Virus record (IMG/VR): IMGVR_UViG_3300005200_000008
Coordinates: 25,931-89,930 of that record
Direction: 5' to 3' (one strand)
Source: a virus
Taxonomy: Duplodnaviria; Caudoviricetes
DNA: 64,000 bases
Position numbers and translations under genes: made by a program. Below the pieces are notes generated by a model. The model was given only the letters and a program-made list of their open reading frames with translations. It made no database searches and had not been told where the DNA came from. Of the stretch, positions 31,116-40,905 are shown piece by piece (position 1 is the first letter of the stretch; every line of letters starts with the position of its first letter).

Positions 31116-31868
31116 TTACCACCATTTAAAAACAAAATGTCCGATAGCCCAAAAACCGCCCGTTACAGCTACAGTACCCACGCCAGTCCAGGTCATTGTT
31201 GAATTATCCGTCATAATGCCCTGTGTTATTAAAGGAACCCCTACGCCGAAGCCCACGCTGCCGAAAGCAAAACTGATAGCCGATCCACGCCGGGCTTTTG
31301 ACACTTCCTGCCGGAGCAGGATAATGTTCGCTTCCGCAAGTTTAGCCTTCTGAAAAATCGAATTGTTCTCGTCAAGCAATGCCAGCGCCCCTTCTTCGGA
31401 GTCTTGGATACGTTCAAGGGCGCAGGCCAAGTTCCATTCTAAGTTGTCGATTATCCTCTTTAATTCCTGCAACGAGTTCATCAATGCGGTATTGTCTTCT
31501 CTCAAGCCTCTCGATAATGTCTGTAGTGTCGTCCACTGTGTTTTCAAACTTTGCAAGTCGGTCATCTGATCGTTGAGCAATTTCAGCAATTCGTCCTCGT
31601 TCGGTTCGGAGTTCTCTTGCGTCGTCAACGGCTGATTCGACGTTTCTTCGGAGTTCAGCATTATTGTTCTGTAACTTAACAATGGTATCCCGTTGAGATT
31701 CCACAAGTTCAACCAATTCGCTTCCCCCGGCTTCGTCAACAACGGATCGAAGGGCGACGTATTTATTGTAAAAACAGATTCCGGCAACGGTTCCGCCGAC
31801 AGCCCATGCAAGCAGAACAGCCAGAACAATAAACTTAAAACGGTTAATTTTGGCTTGGCTGGTTTCAT
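31116..31868 (-). CDS. candidate spanin-like protein overlapping 31414-31872
   Basis: N-terminal signal-like stretch, coiled coil, C-terminal hydrophobic segments, in lysis cassette. Confidence 0.4.
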   Translation of the reverse strand: MKPAKPKLTVLSLLFWLFCLHGLSAEPLPESVFTINTSPFDPLLTKPGEANWLNLWNLNGIPLLSYRTIMLNSEETSNQPLTTQENSEPNEDELLKLLNDQMTDLQSLKTQWTTLQTLSRGLREDNTALMNSLQELKRIIDNLEWNLACALERIQDSEEGALALLDENNSIFQKAKLAEANIILLRQEVSKARRGSAISFAFGSVGFGVGVPLITQGIMTDNSTMTWTGVGTVAVTGGFWAIGHFVFKWW

Positions 31869-31872
31869 TCAT
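31414..31872 (-). CDS. candidate i-spanin (TM plus coiled coil)
   Basis: N-terminal TM helix then heptad-rich domain, downstream of holin and endolysin. Confidence 0.5.
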   Translation of the reverse strand: MNETSQAKINRFKFIVLAVLLAWAVGGTVAGICFYNKYVALRSVVDEAGGSELVELVESQRDTIVKLQNNNAELRRNVESAVDDARELRTERGRIAEIAQRSDDRLAKFENTVDDTTDIIERLERRQYRIDELVAGIKEDNRQLRMELGLRP

Positions 31873-31881
31873 AACCCATCC

Positions 31882-32214
31882 TTATTTTTTGAATCCGGCA
31901 GCCGCGCTTACGATTCCTTTTATGTCTTCCCAAGTCGTGAAAAATAAAAGGATTATGCACGATACTAAAAAAGCAATGCACGGTATGAACATTGGAATAA
32001 AAACTTTCCAATCGATAGAAGCGGCCGCGTTTACGGCGGCAGCCGCTTCAGTAGCCGGTGTTTCAACCGGAGTAACGGCTTTCAGAATGATAATCAGCGC
32101 GAAAACAGCCGCGCCGATAGCCGACAGCAGGCAAAGCGCCGCCGCTAACCGCCTCATTGACAACGGCCCGGGAGTTCCGTCTTCTTTATTCGCTTCTCTT
32201 AAAAAACTAAACAT
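31882..32214 (-). CDS. putative holin
   Basis: 110 aa with two TM segments, directly after the amidase. Confidence 0.55.
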   Translation of the reverse strand: MFSFLREANKEDGTPGPLSMRRLAAALCLLSAIGAAVFALIIILKAVTPVETPATEAAAAVNAAASIDWKVFIPMFIPCIAFLVSCIILLFFTTWEDIKGIVSAAAGFKK

Positions 32215-32806
32215 TTAAAGCCTCCAATAATTTGTTTACCCGTTCTTTAAATTCCGTAAAGAGGGCGGGATTATTTGTCCAAAGCCGGGGGCAGTCTTTC
32301 CACCCCACAATTTCATGGTGGGTGGTTAAAGCGTCTGCCGGCAGTTTGTTCCGGTGCAGAATGTCGGCGGCAAGTTCTGCGGCGGCTTGCAAAGTCGCTT
32401 CGCTGAAATCGCCGGGGTTGTTGTTGAGATGGCTCATTTCGATTCCGATGGAGAAAAAGTTCGGCGTTATCCAGTATCCGTTCGGCGTTTTTCCGGCAAA
32501 CGCTTCGGGCCCAAGCAGCGCCCTTGCCTTATCGGTGTATATCCGTCCCGATGCGGGATCGGCTTGTGATGATCCGACATGGTAGCCGATTTCGTTCTCA
32601 GGTAGCGTCTGCATGACGGTTCCGTCGGTGCCGATCACGTAGTGGGCAGATCCTATCGCTTGTTCGCTTTCCCACCAACTTCTTGTATTAACCGGTTTCT
32701 GGTTTGGCGCCGCCAGCCAGTGCATGACAATCATTTTCAATTTGATTATCTTTTCGCCGGGGCGGTTTTTCTTTCCCAAGGTAAGTAAGTTTTCAGTTAT
32801 GTTCAT
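32207..32806 (-). CDS. N-acetylmuramoyl-L-alanine amidase (endolysin)
   Basis: IVMHW, SAHYVIG, YHVG, SIGIE, HHEIVGWKDCP. Confidence 0.9.
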   Translation of the reverse strand: MNITENLLTLGKKNRPGEKIIKLKMIVMHWLAAPNQKPVNTRSWWESEQAIGSAHYVIGTDGTVMQTLPENEIGYHVGSSQADPASGRIYTDKARALLGPEAFAGKTPNGYWITPNFFSIGIEMSHLNNNPGDFSEATLQAAAELAADILHRNKLPADALTTHHEIVGWKDCPRLWTNNPALFTEFKERVNKLLEALNV

Positions 32807-33155
32807 CTTTGCCTTCTCCTTCTCTTTTGTAAAATTTGTCGCCTGTCAGTTCAAAAAGGATGTTGTCTATTTTCGCTTTCGCGTTAATGGCGGGTTCTCT
32901 GTATTTTTCAATGTTGTAAAACATATTTCTTATAAGATTTATATGTTCATATAATTCTTTGAGGTCAGAAATTAGTTTTTCAGTTTCGTAGGTCATTGTT
33001 ATTTTCCTTAAAGAACCGCTATATTACCAACGGGCATTGTTGAAAGATCAGCTTTTATTACGCCCTGCATTATTCTTTCTGTCTCTGAAATAAATAGGGA
33101 ATTTTGAATTAAAAACTTAAATTGCGGGGTCGCGCCTATTTATTCGGAGATATAA

Positions 33156-33938
33156 GTGGCCAAAATACCGTCAGTCGGAGCCGTTAAAGATTACGTCAAA
33201 AATTTCACCGCAAAACTACGGGCATTCCGAAAATGGGATAAAGATTTCCAATATGAGCCTGATGACCCTACTTATTACAGGGGGAAATTCTACTACGCGA
33301 ATCCCGACAACCCGCCTGATAAAGGGCAAGACCCTGAAAGCTTTATAGACCGTTGGAATTTAATGACCGGCGGGGGTGAAGGCGGCGCGGTTCAGACGAT
33401 ACGCCGCAGGATAAAGGTTGCGCGTCCGGGGGTTAAGGTTCTGAACATTAAAAACGATCTTAACCTTTCCGAAAGCCTTCAATACCGCATTACTCCCGTG
33501 CTTGCTTCAAACTATCAGTATTTCCGGCATATTTTCGTGGAACGGCGCGGGGATGATTTGTGGATTTATCTGTATTCGGATACCGAGCCGTACACTTATC
33601 CCCGCATTGGCTATCTTTACGGTTCCACCGTCGGAACCAATGTAAAAATCGGGAGCAAACTGGTAGGCACTTTTTACCTCGGCAGGGTTCGCCCCGTTGA
33701 GGAAATCCCGCCTCCGTTGGAAACAGAACTGGTGGTCGGCGCGGAACTTATAGTCGGCCAGTTTATTGTCGGTTATGTTCCTGAACCTGAAAAAAATATT
33801 GTGATGGTCGGCGATCTTATCGTCGGGCTGTTTATTGTCGGTCAGAAAATGCAGGAGGAGGAAGATGTCGAGGAAGAAACGCCCGACGAGGAACTCCCGG
33901 GCATTTTTATAGATTTATTTATCCAGAGGGAGGTTTAA
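33156..33938 (+). CDS. putative tail fibre-associated protein
   Basis: first gene of the operon containing the Mtd-like adhesin; LVVG-LIVG-FIVG repeat. Confidence 0.35.
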   Translation: MAKIPSVGAVKDYVKNFTAKLRAFRKWDKDFQYEPDDPTYYRGKFYYANPDNPPDKGQDPESFIDRWNLMTGGGEGGAVQTIRRRIKVARPGVKVLNIKNDLNLSESLQYRITPVLASNYQYFRHIFVERRGDDLWIYLYSDTEPYTYPRIGYLYGSTVGTNVKIGSKLVGTFYLGRVRPVEEIPPPLETELVVGAELIVGQFIVGYVPEPEKNIVMVGDLIVGLFIVGQKMQEEEDVEEETPDEELPGIFIDLFIQREV

Positions 33939-33940
33939 CT

Positions 33941-34228
33941 GTGGTAGGTATTCCGCAAACTATCAACACGAAGCAGGATTGGCTCAATACGTTTAATTAC
34001 GTCGCCGCCGATGCTTTGAACGTTGATAAGAAAAAACAATTTGTTTCTTCGCTGAAAGCTCTTAAAAGTACCGGTTCCATGCTCGTACTGAAATCAGGCG
34101 CGGCGAAAAAAGATCCGGAGGATCAGACCCCAGAAGATTTTGAATCGGTCATAGACCCGAATTCTTCTTTGGCTAGGTCTGGTCTCACCATTGCCGACAT
34201 TGACGCGATGATCGCCCAGTTGTCATAA
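33941..34228 (+). CDS. hypothetical tail fibre accessory protein
   Basis: 95-aa ORF between tail-associated gene and Mtd-like gene. Confidence 0.4.
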   Translation: MVGIPQTINTKQDWLNTFNYVAADALNVDKKKQFVSSLKALKSTGSMLVLKSGAAKKDPEDQTPEDFESVIDPNSSLARSGLTIADIDAMIAQLS

Positions 34229-34242
34229 AAAGGAGAGTTACA

Positions 34243-35439
34243 ATGCTTCAAAGATTTATTCTGGACAATGTAAGCCGCGCCGACGATGCTTTGTTCAGTA
34301 ACATGCTGAATTATTCTGTCAAGGACAGCGTTATCCTTGCCAAGAAAAATCCGTTCAGTTATACGCAAAACGTTTTGCTGGTAAAGGCGAGCAATATTTT
34401 AACGCTGAAAAACAGCCTTTGGAAAAGTTATATTCTGACCGACGATGTGGAACTGACGGTCGCCAATTTAGACCAAGGCTCCACTTTCCAAGTCGGGAAG
34501 GATTATTACGTTTACCTGGTTGACGACGGCAATACGAACGGTAAATTCCTTATCAGCCTTAACAGCACGTTCCCGCAGGGTTATACCGCAGAGAACACCC
34601 GGAAAATCGGCGGTTTCCATTACGGGCATATTCGTGCGGTTTCTTCTGACTGGGTGCCGGTTGATCCTTCCGGTGTGAAATACGGCACCGGTAGCAACGG
34701 CTGGCAGAAAAACGTTACCGTCGGCATTGTGCCGAACAGCGTGTGGGATCTGAATAACCGTCCCAAATGCGCCCCCGAAGGCATGGTCAAGGTCGGGAAC
34801 CTGTGGCTCGATATTTATATAGCGAGCGCCGAGGAAGCCATTGCCGTGGAAGGCGATGCGACCCTTGGGGCGGTTACGACCGGCAAACTTCAATCCAAAT
34901 ACGGCCAGATCCCCGTCACCGGTACTGAAAAATTGACGTGGTATTCTTTCCAGGAACTCGCCGCAAGAGTCGGAAAGCGTCTCCCCTCCTATGGAGAGTG
35001 GATCGGTGCGGCTTTCGGAAATCCCGGCGGTCAGGATGCCGCCGATGATTACGGCTGGACGAAAACAGCCAACACAGCCCGCGCCAGAACGGGTTGTCGT
35101 GTGGATAATACAACCGGGGAATACAGCGCCGGAGCGGGTATAAAACCCTATGCTATCAGTGCTTATAACCTTGTGGATTGTGTCGGCAATGTTTGGGAGT
35201 GGCTGGACGAATTTTCATATCGTCAAGACGGAAATGCGGCTGGTTGGACATGGCGTAATGTTTTGGGTGCTGATAAAGGTCAGGCACATTTATACAATGA
35301 TGTTGGTCTCGTTGCTTTACTTGCCGGTGGCCGCTGGAACGATGGCGTGAGTTGTGGTTCTCGTGCCGTGGATGCGGCCGATTATCCCTGGTACTCGTAC
35401 TCGAGCCACGGTGGGCGTCTCGTCTGTGATAGCCTGTAG
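34243..35439 (+). CDS. Mtd-like tail adhesin with C-type lectin fold; DGR target
   Basis: RKIGGFH, PEGMV, KRLPS..EW, DCVGNVWEW, GG.W...CGSR motifs; 3' end is a VR. Confidence 0.88.
   Translation: MLQRFILDNVSRADDALFSNMLNYSVKDSVILAKKNPFSYTQNVLLVKASNILTLKNSLWKSYILTDDVELTVANLDQGSTFQVGKDYYVYLVDDGNTNGKFLISLNSTFPQGYTAENTRKIGGFHYGHIRAVSSDWVPVDPSGVKYGTGSNGWQKNVTVGIVPNSVWDLNNRPKCAPEGMVKVGNLWLDIYIASAEEAIAVEGDATLGAVTTGKLQSKYGQIPVTGTEKLTWYSFQELAARVGKRLPSYGEWIGAAFGNPGGQDAADDYGWTKTANTARARTGCRVDNTTGEYSAGAGIKPYAISAYNLVDCVGNVWEWLDEFSYRQDGNAAGWTWRNVLGADKGQAHLYNDVGLVALLAGGRWNDGVSCGSRAVDAADYPWYSYSSHGGRLVCDSL
35325..35430 (+). repeat. DGR variable repeat (VR)
   Basis: 106-nt match to TR with 14 mismatches, all opposite TR adenines. 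Confidence 0.95.
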
Positions 35440-35450
35440 TCTGAAATCTG

Positions 35451-35487
35451 AATTTCTGGTTTCTGCCAATCACGGAAACCAGAAATT
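35451..35487 (+). promoter_or_regulatory. DGR post-VR hairpin/cruciform
   Basis: AATTTCTGGTTTC / GAAACCAGAAATT 13-bp inverted repeat 20 nt after VR. Confidence 0.7.
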
Positions 35488-35604
35488 TAGTTCAGAAAAA
35501 AACGTAGAAATCGATCAATTTAAAAACTAACCGGAAATTCTTTTATAGGTAAGCTTTATTAATTTTTAAGATTCCCCCTCGTAAATTCATAAAACGGGGG
35601 AAAT

Positions 35605-35988
35605 TTGCCTATTTCTTATAGCAAGGAGGTTTTTACGGCAAATAACAATTTTATCCTATTGCAAAAAGCAGAGGACTTCGCCGACTATTTTTTTCCGATA
35701 GTAGACAGGTTCCCAAAATATGAAAAATTTGCTCTTTGCACGGAAATTAAAAATGATTGTTATTCATTAATCCGGCTTATTTATTTAATGAATAAAGTCC
35801 GTGATAAAAAAGAACGTTTGATGAAGCTTGAAGAAATAGACTCCTATATCGCATTGATTAGGTTTCTTATTCGTCATAGTTACAACAGAAAATACCTCGC
35901 CATGAACAGCTACGAGACAGCCGGAAAGATGATTGACGAGGTAGGACGCATTATCGGTGCGTTCATAAAGGAGTGCAATACAAATTAA
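35605..35988 (+). CDS. avd: DGR accessory protein Avd
   Basis: 127 aa, FPKYEKFAL, EVGRIIG; located between target gene and TR. Confidence 0.85.
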   Translation: MPISYSKEVFTANNNFILLQKAEDFADYFFPIVDRFPKYEKFALCTEIKNDCYSLIRLIYLMNKVRDKKERLMKLEEIDSYIALIRFLIRHSYNRKYLAMNSYETAGKMIDEVGRIIGAFIKECNTN

Positions 35989-35990
35989 TA

Positions 35991-36096
35991 CGGTGGCAAC
36001 TGGAACAATGGCGTGAATTGTGGTTCTCGTGCCGTGAATGCGAACAATTATCCCTGGAACACGAACACGAACAACGGTGGGCGTCTCGTCTGTGAT
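35991..36096 (+). repeat. DGR template repeat (TR)
   Basis: AAC/AAT-rich copy of VR, 26 adenines. Confidence 0.95.
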
Positions 36097-36243
36097 GGTA
36101 ATAATTTTGGAGACAATGGTTATTACGGTAATCATTGCAGTGATAGAAAATTACTATCAGATTGCAGTCCTTGTCTGAGTGGCAAAAATATGAGGGCATC
36201 CTTCTTACGAGTCGGATGCCGTTTTTTTCCTATTTAGTGTGGT

Positions 36244-37275
36244 ATGAAAGCGTATAAAGATGTTTATGAATTTTCAAATTTATATTCTGCATACCTGCAA
36301 TCGAGAAAACATAAAAGGTATCACGAAGAAATCCTTGAATTTACATATAATCTTGAACCGAATCTGCTTCAAATCCAAAGAGAATTAAAAGAGAAAACTT
36401 ATCGGGTAGGCAGATACCGGCCTTTTACCGTATATGAGCCGAAGCAAAGATTGGTTGTCGCGTTGCCGTTCCGTGATCGTATTGTGCAGCACGCGGTATG
36501 TAATATAATCGGCGACGAACTTGATAGGCGTATGATTTACGATTCTTACGCTTGTCGTACCGGAAAAGGTATGCACGGCGCGGCTAAGCGCGTATCTACT
36601 TTTATATCAAATCATAATAACAATTATTTTTTGAAACTGGATATTAAATCTTATTTTGCTTCGGTTAATCAGGATATACTTATTAACATTTTGGAAAGGT
36701 ATATTTCAGATCCCGATATAATGAATTTGCTTAAAATAATTATTCATAGCCGGTATGAAATCGGCATTCCTATAGGTAATCTTTGTAGCCAGTTTTTCGC
36801 AAACCTTTATTTGAATGATATGGATTATTACGCAAAACAAACTTTGAAATTGCAGTATTACGTCAGGTATATGGATGATATGGTCATCATTCATCCCGAT
36901 AAAAAGTACCTGCGCCAAGTGTGGCTCGATATGGAGAAATTTGCCAACGAACGCCTTGCTTTGCAACTTAATTCAAAATCGCATATCGGCAGGATTGCAG
37001 ACGGTATCGAATTTGTGGGTTATCGCATTTTTCGCGGTTACCGCCTGGTTAAAAAGCAGTCGCTTATGCGTATGAAGAAAAAATATATGGCTTGGGTGCA
37101 TGGCAAAAAAAGCGATGCGAAGTATTTCGCCTCGGTGGGTTCTTGGATGGGTCACTGTCTGGATACCGATAGCCACAGGTTTGTCGAGAAAATCATGCTG
37201 GACAGCCTATATTATAGTATGGAGAAAACAAAAAATCTTCAACAAAAACTCAAAGAACATAAGCTCATAAGATGA
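36244..37275 (+). CDS. DGR reverse transcriptase
   Basis: FRDRIVQHA, LKLDIKSYF, GIPIGNLCSQ, YVRYMDD. Confidence 0.95.
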   Translation: MKAYKDVYEFSNLYSAYLQSRKHKRYHEEILEFTYNLEPNLLQIQRELKEKTYRVGRYRPFTVYEPKQRLVVALPFRDRIVQHAVCNIIGDELDRRMIYDSYACRTGKGMHGAAKRVSTFISNHNNNYFLKLDIKSYFASVNQDILINILERYISDPDIMNLLKIIIHSRYEIGIPIGNLCSQFFANLYLNDMDYYAKQTLKLQYYVRYMDDMVIIHPDKKYLRQVWLDMEKFANERLALQLNSKSHIGRIADGIEFVGYRIFRGYRLVKKQSLMRMKKKYMAWVHGKKSDAKYFASVGSWMGHCLDTDSHRFVEKIMLDSLYYSMEKTKNLQQKLKEHKLIR

Positions 37276-37362
37276 ACAACCGGAAGTCTTTATATATCGG
37301 TAGTTCGGCCGCCATTCCGCAGGCGGTCGGAAATGCCAAGATAAAATTTATGGAGGTGTCAA

Positions 37363-38727
37363 ATGACACAATCGGAAAAGTTCCAAAAAGCGGTTACGAA
37401 AAGCCGCGAAGAACAAGCAGCGAGAGATTCTAAGGGTAGCGGAGGCGGTTTTACCAAAATAATTTATGCCCCGCTTATCACCAATGCGAACCGGGCGTTC
37501 CGGTTTACGGGCCTTCCCCATAGCGTAAGGGAAAAACCGACCGATTCAAAGCGCGTTCACATAGCGCAGATTATCGGCGACGATGGGAAGAAATTCTTCG
37601 TCAACGGCCCCGATCCTGAAACGAACAAAAGCTGGATTTTGTACAGGATCATCAACAAGGTTCTGTCCTACACATGGGACGATCAGACGCCGAACCCGAA
37701 AACGGGCAAAAAGGGTATGAGGGTTTACAACTACATCACTACCCATCCCGCGATTTTTAACATGGTCAACAAAAACGGAAATCCAGGAAACGACTTTGAA
37801 AAAGGCTGGAATTTTTCGCCCACGATTTTGACCAATGTAATCGACCGCGCTGACATGGCCTACCACCGGGAAAACAAAAAACTCAAGGTGTTGTCGAAGA
37901 AAGTATCGACCACCGCAAAAGGCGACTCGTGGTATGATCGCGGCTATCCCGAAATGCTGTACAACCTTATCATGGACGATATTGTTGCAAACTTTGGTGA
38001 TTGGGAAGATTACGATCTTGTTATTTTCAAGAAAGAAAAACTTCCGTTCTACAAAGTTTTCCACGGCGTTGAGGATTCCAGGCATTTCGCCGACGTTGCC
38101 GAACTTATGTCCCTTATAGGAAAGGGCAAAATGACCGCCGAGGAAAGAACATGGGCGGGGTGGGATTTCGACGCGCTGTTTGCCGTTACCCCCTGTATCA
38201 GAATTCAGAAGAACCTCGGTGACAGTATCCGGCGTATCAGCAAGGAACTGAAAACCCCCTTCGATGAGGAACTTGCCGAATTGGTCGAAAAAGAGGAAGC
38301 CGAGAAATCGGCGAGGAAAGATCAGGATTCTGTCTCGCAGCCTACAGGCGCGAGTGGATCGAAACAGGATGAAGATATCCCCGATGACGTGGGTAACGAA
38401 TCTTCCGAAGAAGAACAAGCGCAGGAAGAACAGCCTGCCGTCGCTTCCGAGCCGGTTCAGCAGCCGGTACAAAGGGTACGGCAGGGGCAAAGCCCCGCGC
38501 CGAAGGTGGATGTCGATAAGATATTGCACAACCCCAAATACAAAGGGGCGCATCTGCTTACCCCCGCCGAAAAAGCGTGGATTACCGGAGTGGATGAAAA
38601 CGGCACAATCCTTTGGTCTCCCGAAGCCGGCGAACTGCTTCCAGACGCCGAAAATCAGGATCAGTATGTGCCTGAAAAGGTGCATTGCAATCCGTATAAC
38701 GGGCGCGTCTACGAACAGGCGGCTTAA
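37363..38727 (+). CDS. possible phage ssDNA-binding protein (gp32-like) with acidic tail
   Basis: architecture and acidic low-complexity C-terminal region only. Confidence 0.35.
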   Translation: MTQSEKFQKAVTKSREEQAARDSKGSGGGFTKIIYAPLITNANRAFRFTGLPHSVREKPTDSKRVHIAQIIGDDGKKFFVNGPDPETNKSWILYRIINKVLSYTWDDQTPNPKTGKKGMRVYNYITTHPAIFNMVNKNGNPGNDFEKGWNFSPTILTNVIDRADMAYHRENKKLKVLSKKVSTTAKGDSWYDRGYPEMLYNLIMDDIVANFGDWEDYDLVIFKKEKLPFYKVFHGVEDSRHFADVAELMSLIGKGKMTAEERTWAGWDFDALFAVTPCIRIQKNLGDSIRRISKELKTPFDEELAELVEKEEAEKSARKDQDSVSQPTGASGSKQDEDIPDDVGNESSEEEQAQEEQPAVASEPVQQPVQRVRQGQSPAPKVDVDKILHNPKYKGAHLLTPAEKAWITGVDENGTILWSPEAGELLPDAENQDQYVPEKVHCNPYNGRVYEQAA

Positions 38728-38736
38728 CCTGAAATA

Positions 38737-38770
38737 AAAAGGCGCTATCCTGAAAGATAGCGCCTTTTTT
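38737..38770 (+). terminator. intrinsic terminator
   Basis: AAAAGGCGCTATC-CTGAAA-GATAGCGCCTTTTTT. Confidence 0.75.
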
Positions 38771-38784
38771 ACGCCTATTTTTAT

Positions 38785-40893
38785 GTGGAAACTACTCTTG
38801 CCAGTCCCGATGCCCCGTTTCTAATTCAAGATTTAACGCAAGGCGATGAATCGGTCGCCAAGCGTGAATTGTTTGAAAATCTTAATGAAGACGATATTGT
38901 TGCCGGTCTTAAAGTTATCAAAAATGATTTAAGCCTCAGTGAATCTACAAAAGCCGAAATATACGCGAACCTTTGGAGAATAAATTATAAACAGCGCCCT
39001 CCGACCATTGAGGAATTCCTGACCGAAGACTGGGTGGGGCCGATGTGCGAATCGCTATATCCCCATGCCCGTAATATCTTAATCGACTTTTGGAAGCAGG
39101 GTTCTCCCTATAGAAATCTGATTATGGCTATGGCAATCGGCACCGGAAAATCCACCATATCGGCCATTCATAATCTGTTTGTCACGACGCAGTTGTTTCT
39201 TATGCGTAACCCGAAAAAGTTTTTCGGTCTGGCCCCGTCAACAAGCGTTGTACAGGCTCTTATATCTTTTTCTATGGAGAAGGCAGAACAGTTATTGTTG
39301 CAGCCGTTTTTACAGATCTTGCTTACGTCGAAGCGGTATCACAGGGTAAAGCAGGAAGAACATTTGCAAAGGCATCAGGAAGACAATCCCGACAAAGTGT
39401 GCTGGACTACGGCGGGGCGTATCGGCAAACTCCAGTTTCCGAACGACATACACTATATAATCGCCTCCACCCCTTATCAATTATTAGGCTTGAATCTTAT
39501 TCACGCGACGCTTTCCGAGATTTCGTTTTTTATCGAGCGCGGTCTCTCTCCCGATTATATATGGCGTATATTTCAGGACTGTAAAGGCCGTATTCAGGCA
39601 AGGTTTGGCGCTGATAAGCGTCTGTGCGGCGTAGTACTTGATTCATCCCCCAACGATATAGATGCCAGCCCGATAGATAAATATATATTCAATGGCGAAG
39701 CGTCAAAAGACCCTAAAAATTACGTGGTTACCGGTTCGCAGTGGAAGATGTTTGAACAGGATCCGGAATTAAAAAGGATAAAAGAGAACTATCCGATATA
39801 CGCAAAGACGAAAGAAACGTTCAAAGTGTTTCGGGGAAGTTCCACGCTGCCCGCCGAAATTGTTACCGACGAAAGGGCGAAGGAATTCCCCGCCGATGAA
39901 ATACAGGAAACCCCTATCGACCTTTTAACGATCTATAAAGAAAATACGACAAAATGCGTGAAGGATTACGGCGGTTGGCCGGCAGGCACTACTGACAAAC
40001 TTATTCAGGAAACAAGCCTTATTGAAAACATATTTACCCCCCAATTAAAAAACTTTTACACTTATATTTACGCGCCTTCGACAAAATCCGCGAAAGAACT
40101 GTTATGGAACCAGGTCAGGGATAAATTCTTTATTAAGATTGGCGAGCGCAGGTACGAGTTCTACCGTTCGCCCCGTGAATTAAGGTGGCTGCATTTTGAC
40201 CAAGCCGAAACAGGCGATATTGCGGGTATCGTGGCTTCGCATCCGGAGTACGATATGGAGAAAAAGGAAATTATAATCGTCCATGATTTTACTATCGCCA
40301 TATCTCCCGGCAAAGGAAGGATAAACCTTGATGCCATTCGCACGTTTCCCGAAGACTTGCGGGATAAAGGCGGTATGGCTATTCAAAAAATCACATTCGA
40401 CCATTACGAAGCGGCGACAACATTGCAGTATCTGAAAGGACAGGGATTTGACGCGGAGCATTTTTCGGTCGATACTGACAAAAAGCCTTATTTGGATTAT
40501 GTGGCGTTAATAAATACCGGCAGGGTAAAATCTGGAAGAAATATATTTTTGAAAAACAATTTGAAATCAATCCGTGAAGTTCCTGTCGGTTCCAACAGCA
40601 AAAAAACAAAAATAGATCACCTTATTGGAAAAAATGTTTATGAAGACGGCGCCGATTGGGAACTTAGTTTAATGGGAATGAACGCGAAAGACGTAAGCGA
40701 CTGCGGTGCGGCGACGGCGTTCCTCATTATAAACAATTATAAGGGAGTACCCCGTTACACATGGAAGGATATTGTTGTAAAGAATGAAATTCCAACTCCG
40801 CAGAAATCGGAAAATAATGAAGCCTTCAAAGAAGCGTACCGTTCGCAAATGCGCGAGAATTTACAGGCGCTTGGGCTTTATATAAAAACTTAA
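38785..40893 (+). CDS. terminase large subunit
   Basis: AIGTGKST Walker A, C-terminal nuclease HFD...DIAG, TFDHYE, KDVSD motifs; likely GTG start. Confidence 0.8.
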   Translation: METTLASPDAPFLIQDLTQGDESVAKRELFENLNEDDIVAGLKVIKNDLSLSESTKAEIYANLWRINYKQRPPTIEEFLTEDWVGPMCESLYPHARNILIDFWKQGSPYRNLIMAMAIGTGKSTISAIHNLFVTTQLFLMRNPKKFFGLAPSTSVVQALISFSMEKAEQLLLQPFLQILLTSKRYHRVKQEEHLQRHQEDNPDKVCWTTAGRIGKLQFPNDIHYIIASTPYQLLGLNLIHATLSEISFFIERGLSPDYIWRIFQDCKGRIQARFGADKRLCGVVLDSSPNDIDASPIDKYIFNGEASKDPKNYVVTGSQWKMFEQDPELKRIKENYPIYAKTKETFKVFRGSSTLPAEIVTDERAKEFPADEIQETPIDLLTIYKENTTKCVKDYGGWPAGTTDKLIQETSLIENIFTPQLKNFYTYIYAPSTKSAKELLWNQVRDKFFIKIGERRYEFYRSPRELRWLHFDQAETGDIAGIVASHPEYDMEKKEIIIVHDFTIAISPGKGRINLDAIRTFPEDLRDKGGMAIQKITFDHYEAATTLQYLKGQGFDAEHFSVDTDKKPYLDYVALINTGRVKSGRNIFLKNNLKSIREVPVGSNSKKTKIDHLIGKNVYEDGADWELSLMGMNAKDVSDCGAATAFLIINNYKGVPRYTWKDIVVKNEIPTPQKSENNEAFKEAYRSQMRENLQALGLYIKT

Positions 40894-40905
40894 CGGGTGT
40901 CTGAT

